This document shows positions 8,855-18,251 of a stretch of 64,000 nucleotides of DNA, one piece after another. Numbering within the stretch: the stretch's first letter is position 1; the number at the start of each line of letters is the position of its first letter. Origin of the DNA: Desulfosudaceae bacterium (GTDB lineage Bacteria > Desulfobacterota > Desulfobacteria > Desulfobacterales > Desulfosudaceae); NCBI GenBank assembly GCA_963674745.2, contig CAXXDV010000001.1, forward strand, positions 576,001 to 640,000. Reading direction: 5' to 3'. A program made the position numbers and the translations under genes. Under the pieces are notes generated by a model that saw only the letters and a program-made list of their open reading frames with translations, was not told the origin of the DNA and made no database searches.

Positions 8855-11053
8855 TTAAGCTTTGGTCAGTTGCGCTTTTATACCCCAAGCCACGTCAAAG
8901 CCGGAGACCGGATCTTCAACCGGCGCGACCAGAGTATTGATATTGACGCCCTTATCAGCCAGATAATCATCAAAGGCGGCATGGCCCAGCCCCCTCGGCA
9001 TGGCGATAACATCATTGGCAATGCCCTCGGTCTGATTGATCTTGACCTGGGCTTTACCAACCGGTGTCTCCAGTATAACCGACTGTCCGTCTTTGACCTT
9101 AAACTTTTTGGCTGTCACTTCGTTTATTTCAATAAAAACATCTGTTTTCTTATTTGCTTTTTTCAGAACGGTGTCTGCTACGGTTTTAATAACAAACGGC
9201 GGGGTCCCGATGCTACCACCGCTGATTCGCATACAGTCATAAGGAATAAGCGTTAATTCAGGCACCTGGGGTTTTGCTTCGGCCAGTTTGACCAGCGCTG
9301 AAAAATCCATTTGACCGGCCGGTGCCATCGCTTCTGCCGCCGTGGCCAGGGTGGATTGCGCCAGATACCCCTTGGATGAAATAGTACCCCAGTTATCGGC
9401 CAGGGTCTCTTTTAAGCAGTCTTTGTAGGTTCCCCAGGGGAAGGCCCCGGCCACGGCACCGCCCAGGGCATTGGCCAACGCGATCAACACATCGCCGGGG
9501 TGCTTGGTGTCAAACACCGGTTTAATTACCGGCCTGGCAAGACCGACCATCGGTTTGGCCAGCCCGGCCGTGGTGGGAAAGTCCTCGTACCGCTCAAGAT
9601 AAGAATGTAACGGCAGAATATAATCGGCCTGGGCCGCTGTATCGTCCATGTAAGCGGAAAGGCTGACAACCAGCGGGATCTTCTCAAAAGCGGTCTTTAC
9701 GTTCTGTGAATCCCGCAACGTGAACACGGGGTTGGCATCACAGACAAACAACGCCTGCACCGGTGACTGGGCTTTGCTGTTGACCTTCTGTATCAAACGG
9801 TGAGGCAAACTGGCGGCATCGCGGTATTCGGCCGTCCCGGCCCCATCCAGGCGGGGGGTGTCCAGGGATTTTTCAGCCACGGCGTCAAGCTCCGGAGCCG
9901 GCCAGTTGATGTAATCCGGCGCCGCGGCCAGACGGATACCGCCGGATCGGTTGATACTGCCCGCCAGCGCGTTCAAAGACAGGACCGCCATGGCATCCAG
10001 GCTGCTGACCGGATCCTGAGCCGAACCGTTGCCGCAGATGGCCACGGGCCTGGACGCTTTGGCAAACGCCCGGGCCAGTTTTTCCAGTTTCGGCACATCA
10101 ACCCCGGTTGCGTTGGCCACATCTTTCGGGCTGTACTTTTCATTCAACAATTTCCGGAAGGCACCGAAAGACGGGCTGTTGGTTTCTATTGCCGCGGCCT
10201 GCATACCGTCGCGGATGATGATATTGGCCAGCCCCAGGGCCAGGACCGCTTCCGTCCCCGGTTTGATCGGCACCCAGGTATCGGCCTTGGCAGCCGTGTT
10301 GGACAGTCTGGCGTCCACTTGAACCAGTTTCGCACCATTGTCTTTCCAGCTGCTGTTGGCCTGAAACATTCTCACAGGAGATCCCCACCCGTCCAGGACA
10401 CCGGCGGAAAAACTTAAAACATAGGTGCTGTTCTCAAAATCATAAGCCGGTATACCGGATTTGCCCAGCATTTTGCCGGCTGCCAGTGCCATGGCATCGT
10501 CAGATGAAGGCAGGGTAACATAATTAGGCGAACCAAAAGCGGTTAAAAACCGCTGTAAAAGCCGACCGGTCGTATTATTGCCGTTACCGGCGATCCCGGC
10601 CACGGTGGCAGCTTTATCATTGTTTCTCAAATCATTCAATTTGCCGGCAATATCCGTAAGGGCCTGGTCCCAGCTGACCGCCTTGAAGGTTCCGTTTTCT
10701 TTTTTTAACGGCTTTTTAATCCGCCAGGGGCCATACAGAAGCTGCAAACCCGCCAGGCCCAGGGTGCAGATGCCGCCGTGATTAACGGGATGGCCTTCCT
10801 GCCCCTCAATTTTAACCGCCCGATTGTCGATTTTGCGGACGGAAATACCACAGCCGCCCGGGCACAGGGTACAAACGGATTCCGCTGTGGAAACCGCCCC
10901 ATCCGGCGGAACAGGGACTTCGTTGGGCATATACCGAAAGCTCTGCGTCCAGATGGATAGATCGTCCGTCAGCTTTAACGGCAGCGGCGTCAAGGCTGTT
11001 CCCACCGCGCCGCCGGCCACCAATGCTAAAAAGCTTCGTCTGTCAATCTTCAT
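8855..11053 (-). CDS. qrcB: Menaquinone reductase molybdopterin-oxidoreductase-like subunit
   Basis: Tat signal DRRSFL, CTLCPGGC, HPVNHGGIC; lies between qrcA and qrcC. Confidence 0.9.
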   Translation of the reverse strand: MKIDRRSFLALVAGGAVGTALTPLPLKLTDDLSIWTQSFRYMPNEVPVPPDGAVSTAESVCTLCPGGCGISVRKIDNRAVKIEGQEGHPVNHGGICTLGLAGLQLLYGPWRIKKPLKKENGTFKAVSWDQALTDIAGKLNDLRNNDKAATVAGIAGNGNNTTGRLLQRFLTAFGSPNYVTLPSSDDAMALAAGKMLGKSGIPAYDFENSTYVLSFSAGVLDGWGSPVRMFQANSSWKDNGAKLVQVDARLSNTAAKADTWVPIKPGTEAVLALGLANIIIRDGMQAAAIETNSPSFGAFRKLLNEKYSPKDVANATGVDVPKLEKLARAFAKASRPVAICGNGSAQDPVSSLDAMAVLSLNALAGSINRSGGIRLAAAPDYINWPAPELDAVAEKSLDTPRLDGAGTAEYRDAASLPHRLIQKVNSKAQSPVQALFVCDANPVFTLRDSQNVKTAFEKIPLVVSLSAYMDDTAAQADYILPLHSYLERYEDFPTTAGLAKPMVGLARPVIKPVFDTKHPGDVLIALANALGGAVAGAFPWGTYKDCLKETLADNWGTISSKGYLAQSTLATAAEAMAPAGQMDFSALVKLAEAKPQVPELTLIPYDCMRISGGSIGTPPFVIKTVADTVLKKANKKTDVFIEINEVTAKKFKVKDGQSVILETPVGKAQVKINQTEGIANDVIAMPRGLGHAAFDDYLADKGVNINTLVAPVEDPVSGFDVAWGIKAQLTKA

Positions 11054-11112
11054 AAACTGTTTCCCTTATTTATATAATTACACACCTTGGCGTTGATTGT
11101 TATCAAATCCGT

Positions 11113-11778
11113 CTACTTGTGACACTGGAAACAGGCACCCTTGCTGCCGGTTTCCCGTTTATGACATCGGGCGCAATCATCCATTTTCATGCTGTCCCAG
11201 GAGTGTTTTTTGAAAACGCCGGTCAGGTCTTCGCCCCAGATGTCCCGGCTGTAACCCGTAATCCGGTTTTCCTGATACGTTTTGAGACTGGTGGATGTAC
11301 CGACCGGCCCGTGGCATTCTTCGCAGCTCATACCGGCCTTTTTGACATGGGCGGCATGGGAGAAGAACACACAATCCGGCTGTTTGGAATAAATCAGCCA
11401 GGGAACCTCTTTTTCCTGTTCCACATATTCCTCGACAAACTTCAGTTCTTCTTCGGTGTCGCCAAGGGCGGAATCATGGCAGTCCATACATTGTGCAAGC
11501 GTCGGCACACCGGCAAAAGTCCCGTCCTCACGGAAAAAATGGCAGGATTCGCAACCGTCCGACACTTCGTACATATGAAGGTCATGGTCAAATTGAACCG
11601 GCTGCTCCTGTTCGGAGTAAAGCAGTGCCGGATACACCACCCATCCGATGGCCAGGGAAATCACCAATCCTACCAGAAACGACAGGATAACAGCCAGCAG
11701 GCCCTTGTCCTCGGCTAAATTCATTGCGCCTGTCTCGCCATCAGCAACATGTTTGGATTTGTCATCAGTTGTGTTCAT
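11113..11778 (-). CDS. qrcA: Menaquinone reductase multiheme cytochrome c subunit
   Basis: N-terminal TM anchor; five CxxCH motifs (CESCH, CMDCH, CEECH, CARCH, CFQCH). Confidence 0.92.
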   Translation of the reverse strand: MNTTDDKSKHVADGETGAMNLAEDKGLLAVILSFLVGLVISLAIGWVVYPALLYSEQEQPVQFDHDLHMYEVSDGCESCHFFREDGTFAGVPTLAQCMDCHDSALGDTEEELKFVEEYVEQEKEVPWLIYSKQPDCVFFSHAAHVKKAGMSCEECHGPVGTSTSLKTYQENRITGYSRDIWGEDLTGVFKKHSWDSMKMDDCARCHKRETGSKGACFQCHK

Positions 11779-11902
11779 GAAAACCCCGTTATTTAATCGT
11801 TATATTAACCTTTTCGATTCATTGTTTTTACTGCTGAATCATCATACAGCATTGACCTTAAATAAAAAAATAGCTTTTTCATAATGTCCATTGTTTGTCA
11901 AG

Positions 11903-12709
11903 TCATTTTGACCGCTTTGATCGAGACGGCAGAGGGGTCAACCAGGGGCTGGATTTGCCCCAGATGACACGCTTGATCCACTCAAACCCGAACTGCAGCA
12001 GGTCCGTTTCGTCTTCTTTAATTTTGGACAGGATATCATCCGGAACCCGGAAACGATTTAAAAAGCTGCTGTTGAATAAAAAATCCTTAAACGCATCCAT
12101 ATTATAGACCGCCATAAAGGCCATTTTACCCCTGGCGCCGGCAGGGCCTTCGCCTCCCCATGGGTTGGTCGTAAAAAGCGCCTTTATTTCAGCCCATTTC
12201 CAGGTCATCCGGACATAATCGTCCGCTTCCTGATCGGCGATCCATTCCTTAACCGTCAAAAGCCGTTTTTCATCCTGCCCCCGACAGAAATCCGGCGGCC
12301 TGAAAAAATAGACCATGCGTCCGTTTTTGCCGGCATCATCATATTGCAGGCCCTGTTCGACCGGGAACATCCGGCAGGAGTATGACCGGTCAGGATAAAC
12401 ACGACACCCGTTTTCGGTCAGAAACGGGCATGTTTTTTCCCGGGTTTCCGACATGGACAGCAGTACCTCCGGGAAATAATTGCCGTCCCGCATGACCACA
12501 TCCACATATTGATCGATAAACGCGGTCGTAGAGATACCCAGATTGTTTTTCAATCGCAGCACATCATACGGATAGAGAAAAAGGTTCAGGTTGCGGCAGC
12601 ACTGATTAAAACAGCTGACACCGGCATGGCAGTCAAAACAAAAAGAATCATCCTCGTTCAGACGGGTACCGGCACCGGCATCCACTTCATCAGGGTTTAT
12701 AATTTTCAT
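11903..12709 (-). CDS. YkgJ-family cysteine-cluster (Zn/Fe-chelating) protein
   Basis: FDCHAGVSCFNQCC, CPFL..GCRVYPDRSYSCRMFP. Confidence 0.85.
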   Translation of the reverse strand: MKIINPDEVDAGAGTRLNEDDSFCFDCHAGVSCFNQCCRNLNLFLYPYDVLRLKNNLGISTTAFIDQYVDVVMRDGNYFPEVLLSMSETREKTCPFLTENGCRVYPDRSYSCRMFPVEQGLQYDDAGKNGRMVYFFRPPDFCRGQDEKRLLTVKEWIADQEADDYVRMTWKWAEIKALFTTNPWGGEGPAGARGKMAFMAVYNMDAFKDFLFNSSFLNRFRVPDDILSKIKEDETDLLQFGFEWIKRVIWGKSSPWLTPLPSRSKRSK

Positions 12710-12711
12710 GA

Positions 12712-13308
12712 TTAAATACCTTTAAAACCGGCGACTATCATCTGAGCGATGGTCATTTTAATTTTTCCTGTCATTCCGGATGATTGCCTGAATTCTTGTT
12801 CCACAGACGACAGCTGCCGGTAAAAGGGCGTCCGGTCGAACGGGATATAGTCCTTATCGTCAAAATGCGTGCTGAAAACCGGGCAGCCGACCCCGTATGA
12901 AACCCTTCCGTCGGGATACCGGAGTTCGTGAGGCACCCCGTGCAGACGACAGATCATCAACCGGTGGGTATGCAGCCCGCACCGGCCATCGACATTCAAA
13001 GGGCACATGTGGCGGGGCGTGCGGCCGGACGCCTCATCCGCCGCCACCAGATCAACCACCTTGCGCGCTTTTTTCACGATCTGCTGCTGCCGTTGGTCAG
13101 AAAGCTGTTCCACCCCGGCAACAAGGTAATAATATTCAAGGTAGGTCAGATTATAAAACCGGGTCAGACAGCAGTTGTCCGGGCACTGATCGCAGGTAAA
13201 GCCGTATTTCTCGGCAACGGCATTATAAGCATCGTCCATTGCGGCATATATCTCCCGCAGCCGCTCAAAATATTCGGGATAATTATCTATCATACCACTT
13301 TGCGCCAT
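12712..13308 (-). CDS. Cysteine-cluster protein, YkgJ-like
   Basis: CDQCPDNCC, CPLN..CGLHTHRLMICRLHG; 2-nt gap to the next gene. Confidence 0.75.
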   Translation of the reverse strand: MAQSGMIDNYPEYFERLREIYAAMDDAYNAVAEKYGFTCDQCPDNCCLTRFYNLTYLEYYYLVAGVEQLSDQRQQQIVKKARKVVDLVAADEASGRTPRHMCPLNVDGRCGLHTHRLMICRLHGVPHELRYPDGRVSYGVGCPVFSTHFDDKDYIPFDRTPFYRQLSSVEQEFRQSSGMTGKIKMTIAQMIVAGFKGI

Positions 13309-13603
13309 TCGTTACCTGCCCTTAACCATTATTAAAATTTTTGCTCAATCTTTAAGAAAATTCATACCGGGCCCACATTTTTTCAACTATATACCATGGA
13401 AGACAGCCAATGCTCAATCAATCTTGCGCACCTGTTCCGTTTGTTTTCTTATCCATACGCACTGGATTCAAACGACCTCTCGCACCCGGCCCAAAAGCCC
13501 ATCAACATATGGTGACCACAAAATCATTGATCCACAAGCCCGTCCTTGATATATAAACTATAAAAGCAGGTTCTTATCTATATCTTTGGTAACGGGGTAA
13601 GCT

Positions 13604-14839
13604 ATGGATGATCAAATCATTTCATTTCTTGATGGCCTTAAATCCGACAAACAAATCGCTTCAATGGATGAGGCGGCCATAAAACAGACCATTGTGATGC
13701 GTTTATTGTTTTTGCTGGGATGGGATATTTTCAATGCCGATGAAGTAAACTCGAGTTATAAGGTAAAGAATCAGCCCGTCGACTACACGTTAAGCCTCAA
13801 AAACAGCAACAAGATTTTTATTAACGTAAAAAAAAAGATGGGCAAGACCTTAGACAAAAACCAGCAGAGTTTACTTGAGTCTGCTGCTAAAGAAGGTGTC
13901 GAGTTTAGCGTTTTCACTGACGGTTTGTTGTGGTGGTTTTATTTAACGCTTGACAAAAAGAATCTGGAGCAAAAAAAATTTTGTTCGCTGGATTTCGTAA
14001 AACAGAAAGCGGATAATATCGCCGACCAATTGGGAAGCTTTCTGGCGAAAAGCCCGGTTTCTAAAGGTAAGGCGTTAGAACGTGCTAAAAGCATTCTGGA
14101 AAAAAGACATCAAAAACTTATTGAAGAAACAATACCCGCAGCATGGACAAAAGTACTTTCGGAGCCACCGGATGCACTGGTGAATTTGCTGATTGAAACG
14201 ACGGAAAAAATCTGCGGTTACCCTGCCGAAAAAGATGCGGTAGTTAAATTTCTAACCGAAGATTTAAATCGAGAGCCGGAGCCTCAAAAAGCATCGGAGC
14301 CCGAAAAAGAGCCAGAGTCTGAAAAAGAGCCGGAGTCCCCCAAAGCGGCCAAAGCAGAAAAAGAGCCCGAACCCCCAAAAGCGTCGAAGTCCGAAAAAGA
14401 ACCGGAGCCCGAAAAAGAGCAGGAGCCCGAAAAAGAGCAGGAGTCTAAAAAAGCGACCAAGACAGAAAAAACGCCGGAACCTGAAAAAGAACCGGAGCCC
14501 CCAAAAGCTTCGGCGCAGGAAAAAACCTTATCGGCATTCACGTTTAAAGAAAAGATTTACAATGTTAAAACATGGTCGGATATGATCGTGAAGCTCTGCG
14601 AGATTTTACAATCCGAACATAAAAAAGATATAAAAAGTCTCTTATGGCATTCAGTCGGCGATAGATATTATTTCAGCAAAAACATGAGTGAATTGCGTTT
14701 TCCTGAAGAAATTGGAAGCACCGGAATCTTTCTCCAGACCCATATGACGCCCAATGATGCCGTCAAGCTGGCTTATTCGATTGTATCATTTTTTGGATAT
14801 GCCAAAGACGATTTTGCGGTGTCCTCGGAAAACAAATAG
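13604..14839 (+). CDS. Hypothetical protein: HsdR-N-like nuclease fold, EPEK-repeat linker and SeqA-C-like domain
   Basis: DEAAIKQTIVMRLLFLLGWDIFN..VDYTL..IFINVKK..FTDGLLWWFY; low-complexity linker; C-terminal FTFKEKIYNVKTWSD..GTGIFLQTH-type domain. Confidence 0.7.
   Translation: MDDQIISFLDGLKSDKQIASMDEAAIKQTIVMRLLFLLGWDIFNADEVNSSYKVKNQPVDYTLSLKNSNKIFINVKKKMGKTLDKNQQSLLESAAKEGVEFSVFTDGLLWWFYLTLDKKNLEQKKFCSLDFVKQKADNIADQLGSFLAKSPVSKGKALERAKSILEKRHQKLIEETIPAAWTKVLSEPPDALVNLLIETTEKICGYPAEKDAVVKFLTEDLNREPEPQKASEPEKEPESEKEPESPKAAKAEKEPEPPKASKSEKEPEPEKEQEPEKEQESKKATKTEKTPEPEKEPEPPKASAQEKTLSAFTFKEKIYNVKTWSDMIVKLCEILQSEHKKDIKSLLWHSVGDRYYFSKNMSELRFPEEIGSTGIFLQTHMTPNDAVKLAYSIVSFFGYAKDDFAVSSENK
14270..14520 (+). 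repeat. Coding tandem repeats (EPEKE / EPPKAS units)
   Basis: Includes an exact 18-bp tandem GGAGCCCGAAAAAGAGCA at 14404-14439. Confidence 0.85.
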
Positions 14840-14901
14840 ACAGCGGCAATTGGGCTTTTTACGAAGCCATCAGGCAGAATGCACTCGTAAGTCAGAATTG
14901 G

Positions 14902-15024
14902 GATGGCAAAGTAAAAAGTTCAAGATCAAGGCGCGCAAATCTTGAGGAATGCAGCGTACATCAAGTACTTGAAATTACGAGAGATGCAGCGCAACGAAGA
15001 TCTTGGGCTTTTTACGAAGCCATC
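14902..15024. mobile_element. MITE-like palindromic element with imperfect ~26-bp terminal inverted repeats; extra lone end at 14851-14871
   Basis: GATGGCAAAGTAAAAAGTTCAAGATC ... GATCTTGGGCTTTTTACGAAGCCATC. TGGGCTTTTTACGAAGCCATCAG occurs twice. Confidence 0.7.
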
Positions 15025-16123
15025 AGACATAAGGTGAGGGGAAAAACAACACCGTATAAAGATGCATGGCGTATTCATCGGTAATACTGGCGATAAAATC
15101 GCAAACCTTCCGGTGCGCATCATCTTCGGTTTCCATCAGGGCACTCATCTCCATCTTGGCCATCTCTTTATACAGGACATCCGTGTGCTTAAAGAAAAAT
15201 TCATAGAGCTCGGACAATATCCGGCTGGATTTGACGAATTCATTATGGACCTGTGGGGAGCGGTAAACCTTTTCATACAAAAACTCCCTTAGTTCCGTCA
15301 TGGCCGCGAATACCTCATCACCAATGCGCAGCACAATTTTGTCCGGATTCTCCGTGCTGGAATAAATCACATCCTGGATCATGGTTGAGGCCCGTTCAGA
15401 ATGGTTTTTTCCCAGCACCCGGTTGCAGCTTTCGGGAACCTGGGCGCGTGTGATGACTTTGCTCCGGATGGCGTCATCAAGGTCATGATTCAAGTAGGCC
15501 ATGATATCGGCCACGCGCACGAGTTGGCCCTCGAGCGTAATGGCCATTCCCTCGGGATCATCATTAATTATATTTCCATACCCTTTGGAGTGTTTCAATA
15601 TTCCGTCCCGGACTTCCACCGTCAGATTCAGGCCCAGCCCATTGTTTTCCAGCTTTTCAACCACCCGCAAGCTCTGTACATTATGCGCAAAACCGTGGGG
15701 GCAGATTTCCTGAAGAACGGTCTCACCACTATGCCCGAAGGGTGTGTGTCCCAGATCATGCCCCAGGGCCACCGCCTCGGCCAGGTCTTCGTTCAGCCGC
15801 ATGGCCCGGGCAAGGGTCCTTGATATCTGGGCCACCTCCAGCGTATGCGTCAACCGGGTGCGATACTGATCGCCCAGAGGCGATAAAAACACCTGGGTCT
15901 TGTGATTCAATCGCCTGAACGCGTTGGAAAAAACAATTCGATCCCGATCCTGCTGAAAAGCCGTACAAATCGGATTTTGCGGTTCTTCAAAATCACGTTT
16001 CCGCATACTGGCGCTTAAGCATCCATGTTGCGAAATTAAAGTCTCTTCCCTTTTTTCAAATTCCTTCCGGAGCTTCACACCATTCCCCTGATCGCTTTTT
16101 TTAATCTGACTTTTTTGTAACAT
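15023..16123 (-). CDS. dgt: Deoxyguanosinetriphosphate triphosphohydrolase (HD family)
   Basis: FRRLNHKTQVF, RTRLTHTLEV, GHDLGHTPFGHSGE. Start uncertain. Confidence 0.93.
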   Translation of the reverse strand: MLQKSQIKKSDQGNGVKLRKEFEKREETLISQHGCLSASMRKRDFEEPQNPICTAFQQDRDRIVFSNAFRRLNHKTQVFLSPLGDQYRTRLTHTLEVAQISRTLARAMRLNEDLAEAVALGHDLGHTPFGHSGETVLQEICPHGFAHNVQSLRVVEKLENNGLGLNLTVEVRDGILKHSKGYGNIINDDPEGMAITLEGQLVRVADIMAYLNHDLDDAIRSKVITRAQVPESCNRVLGKNHSERASTMIQDVIYSSTENPDKIVLRIGDEVFAAMTELREFLYEKVYRSPQVHNEFVKSSRILSELYEFFFKHTDVLYKEMAKMEMSALMETEDDAHRKVCDFIASITDEYAMHLYTVLFFPSPYV

Positions 16124-16187
16124 TATATTTTTGAAAGCTTATTCGATTTTTAGAGCCCAAAAACCATATTCAAATAAAAAGCGCTTT

Positions 16188-16217
16188 TTGACAAGAGTAA
16201 TTTAAAGGTTTAATAAT
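16188..16217 (+). promoter_or_regulatory. Putative sigma-70 promoter of the deaminase gene
   Basis: TTGACA-N17-TAATAA(T), ending 6-7 nt before ATG 16224. Confidence 0.5.
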
Positions 16218-16223
16218 AGAAAA

Positions 16224-16733
16224 ATGATACCGACACTTCACGAACAATATATGGCCATCGCCATCGAACAGGCTCAGGCGGCACTTGAAAACGGCGAGTT
16301 TCCGGTAGGATGTGTTATTACCGACGGAAAATCCGTTCTGGCGACCGGCGCCCGGGCCGGTTCCCGGAGCGAGGTCCCAAGTGAAACCGATCACGCCGAA
16401 ATGCTGGCCTTAAAGGCCCTGACGACTTTGGACAGTTCCATTGACCGACGGACATTGACAATTTACACCACCCTGGAACCCTGCCTGATGTGCTTCGGCG
16501 CCATCCTTATTCATGACATCAACACCATTGTTTATGCCTGTGAAGATGCCATGGGCGGAGGTACCGGTTGCGACCTGACCACCCTGCCCGGCTTGTATCA
16601 TCACAAAAACCCGACCATTATTCCCGGCGTATTAAGAGAAAAAAGCCTGTCGCTTCTCAAAAATTTCTTTACCAACCCCGATAACCGTTATCTGCGGACG
16701 ACCCCCCTGGCCGCTTATATTTTAGAACAATAG
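16224..16733 (+). CDS. Nucleoside/tRNA adenosine deaminase family protein (TadA-like)
   Basis: GEFPVGCVI, HAE, TLEPCLMC zinc motifs. Confidence 0.88.
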   Translation: MIPTLHEQYMAIAIEQAQAALENGEFPVGCVITDGKSVLATGARAGSRSEVPSETDHAEMLALKALTTLDSSIDRRTLTIYTTLEPCLMCFGAILIHDINTIVYACEDAMGGGTGCDLTTLPGLYHHKNPTIIPGVLREKSLSLLKNFFTNPDNRYLRTTPLAAYILEQ

Positions 16734-16746
16734 AAGCCGGTTTTAG

Positions 16747-16770
16747 GTAGGGGCACGGCGTGCCGTGCCC
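16747..16770 (+). repeat. GTAG-type REP element, copy 1
   Basis: GTAGGGGCACGGCGTGCCGTGCCC, identical to the copies at 52535 (reverse) and 52591. Confidence 0.85.
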
Positions 16771-16785
16771 GATTGCATTCAGTGT

Positions 16786-16825
16786 TTATGTGGTTAAGTG
16801 ATTACGTGATTATGTGGTTATGTAA
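16786..16825. repeat. Five tandem degenerate octamers
   Basis: TTATGTGG TTAAGTGA TTACGTGA TTATGTGG TTATGTAA. Confidence 0.75.
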
Positions 16826-16973
16826 TCGGGTGGCGGAAGGCCTTAGCAACAAAGAAGTGGTTTCAGGGTGTTAAAGTTTTAGGTGTTAAGGTGATGGGGA
16901 ATAATATCCATTTTCTGGATTCCGGATCTTCAGGCTGTATCGTAATTCGTTATTCGGAAATCAGAACAAAAAT

Positions 16974-17061
16974 GGGTGCCACGGGCGAAGCGACAGCTTG
17001 CCTGTGTTCCCTGTAGCGATTTGACCAATCACGGGCAACCTTCGGTTGGCCCGTGGCACCC
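16974..17061. repeat. Inverted REP-like doublet, second family
   Basis: 13-bp perfect inverted ends GGGTGCCACGGGC / GCCCGTGGCACCC; each half forms its own hairpin. Confidence 0.75.
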
Positions 17062-17088
17062 GTTAAAGAGATATCCACCTAACCCCTT

Positions 17089-18249
17089 TTACGGAATCAA
17101 AGTGGCCAGATCAGACGCAATGGTTTCATGAAACAGCATCCCCCGGGTGGACAGGCGACATTGTCCGTCCGACAGGCACAGCTTGCCGGTTTGCTCATGT
17201 TCGGACAGCACCGGCGCGAACAGCGTCTTAAAGTCAACTGAAAACTCACGGTTAAACGCATCCAGATCAACACCTTCGGCCAAACGTAAGCCCAGGTAGA
17301 CCGCCTCCATCATCTGCTGATGGCGGGACAATTTTTCACCGGACAATCGCGGTGACCGGCCGGCTGAAAGCCTGTCAATATAATCCGGCACGCTCTTAAC
17401 GTTCCAGTATCTTTCGTGGCCCCGGCAGGAATGAGCGGACGGCCCCAGTCCCATATAATCAACCCGCCGCCAGTATTTGAGATTATGCCGCGAACGGGTT
17501 TCCCGTGTCCGGGTGAAGTTGGATATTTCATAATGCATATAACCGTTACGTGCCAGGACATCGGCTACGGTCATGAACATATCACCCAGCCTGGCCCCGG
17601 AAAGAGGCCGGAACTTTTTTTGCTGTAAAGATGCGGCCAGGGGTGTCCCGTTTTCAATGGTCAACATATAACAGGAAAGATGGTCGGGTGCCAGGGCCAC
17701 GGCCTGGTTTAAATCCGCCTCAAGATCGGCCCGAGTCTGACCGGGCAGACCGTAAATAATATCCAAACCGATATTATCAAATCCGGCAAAACGGGCTGCT
17801 TCGAACGCTTTTTTTGCCTGCCGGGTATTGTGAATTCGTCCCAGAAAAGCCAGTGAATCATCATTAAATGACTGGACGCCGATGCTGACACGATTCACCC
17901 CGGCCTGCCGCAACGATTTCAGCCAGTCCGAATTTACTGATTCAGGATTTGCCTCTACTGTAATTTCACTATCAATGCAAAATCTTGCGACCTCGTTCAA
18001 CCTGCCCACGAATTTAACAATTTGTTTTTCCTCAACAATTGAAGGAGTTCCACCGCCAATATGAAGAGAATCAAAAACAGCGTCTTTTTTCGACAAGGCG
18101 AAGACGGCTTCAGCCGCCAGGGCAGCCATAAAAGGAACGACCAGTTTTTCATCGGTTAGGGAAAAGAAATCGCAGTATGCGCATTTTTTACGGCAAAAGG
18201 GTATGTGGACATAAAGCCCGAAAGGTTGTTTCGTGGGAAAATAAGGCAT
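17089..18249 (-). CDS. hemW: Radical SAM heme chaperone HemW (HemN-like)
   Basis: LYVHIPFCRKKCAYCDF, GGGTPS, YEISNF, HNLKYW. Confidence 0.88.
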   Translation of the reverse strand: MPYFPTKQPFGLYVHIPFCRKKCAYCDFFSLTDEKLVVPFMAALAAEAVFALSKKDAVFDSLHIGGGTPSIVEEKQIVKFVGRLNEVARFCIDSEITVEANPESVNSDWLKSLRQAGVNRVSIGVQSFNDDSLAFLGRIHNTRQAKKAFEAARFAGFDNIGLDIIYGLPGQTRADLEADLNQAVALAPDHLSCYMLTIENGTPLAASLQQKKFRPLSGARLGDMFMTVADVLARNGYMHYEISNFTRTRETRSRHNLKYWRRVDYMGLGPSAHSCRGHERYWNVKSVPDYIDRLSAGRSPRLSGEKLSRHQQMMEAVYLGLRLAEGVDLDAFNREFSVDFKTLFAPVLSEHEQTGKLCLSDGQCRLSTRGMLFHETIASDLATLIP

Positions 18250-18251
18250 TA

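Noticed and set aside
16786..16960. Possible CRISPR array
   Set aside because: Units are 7-8 bp with no spacers, and there are no cas genes.
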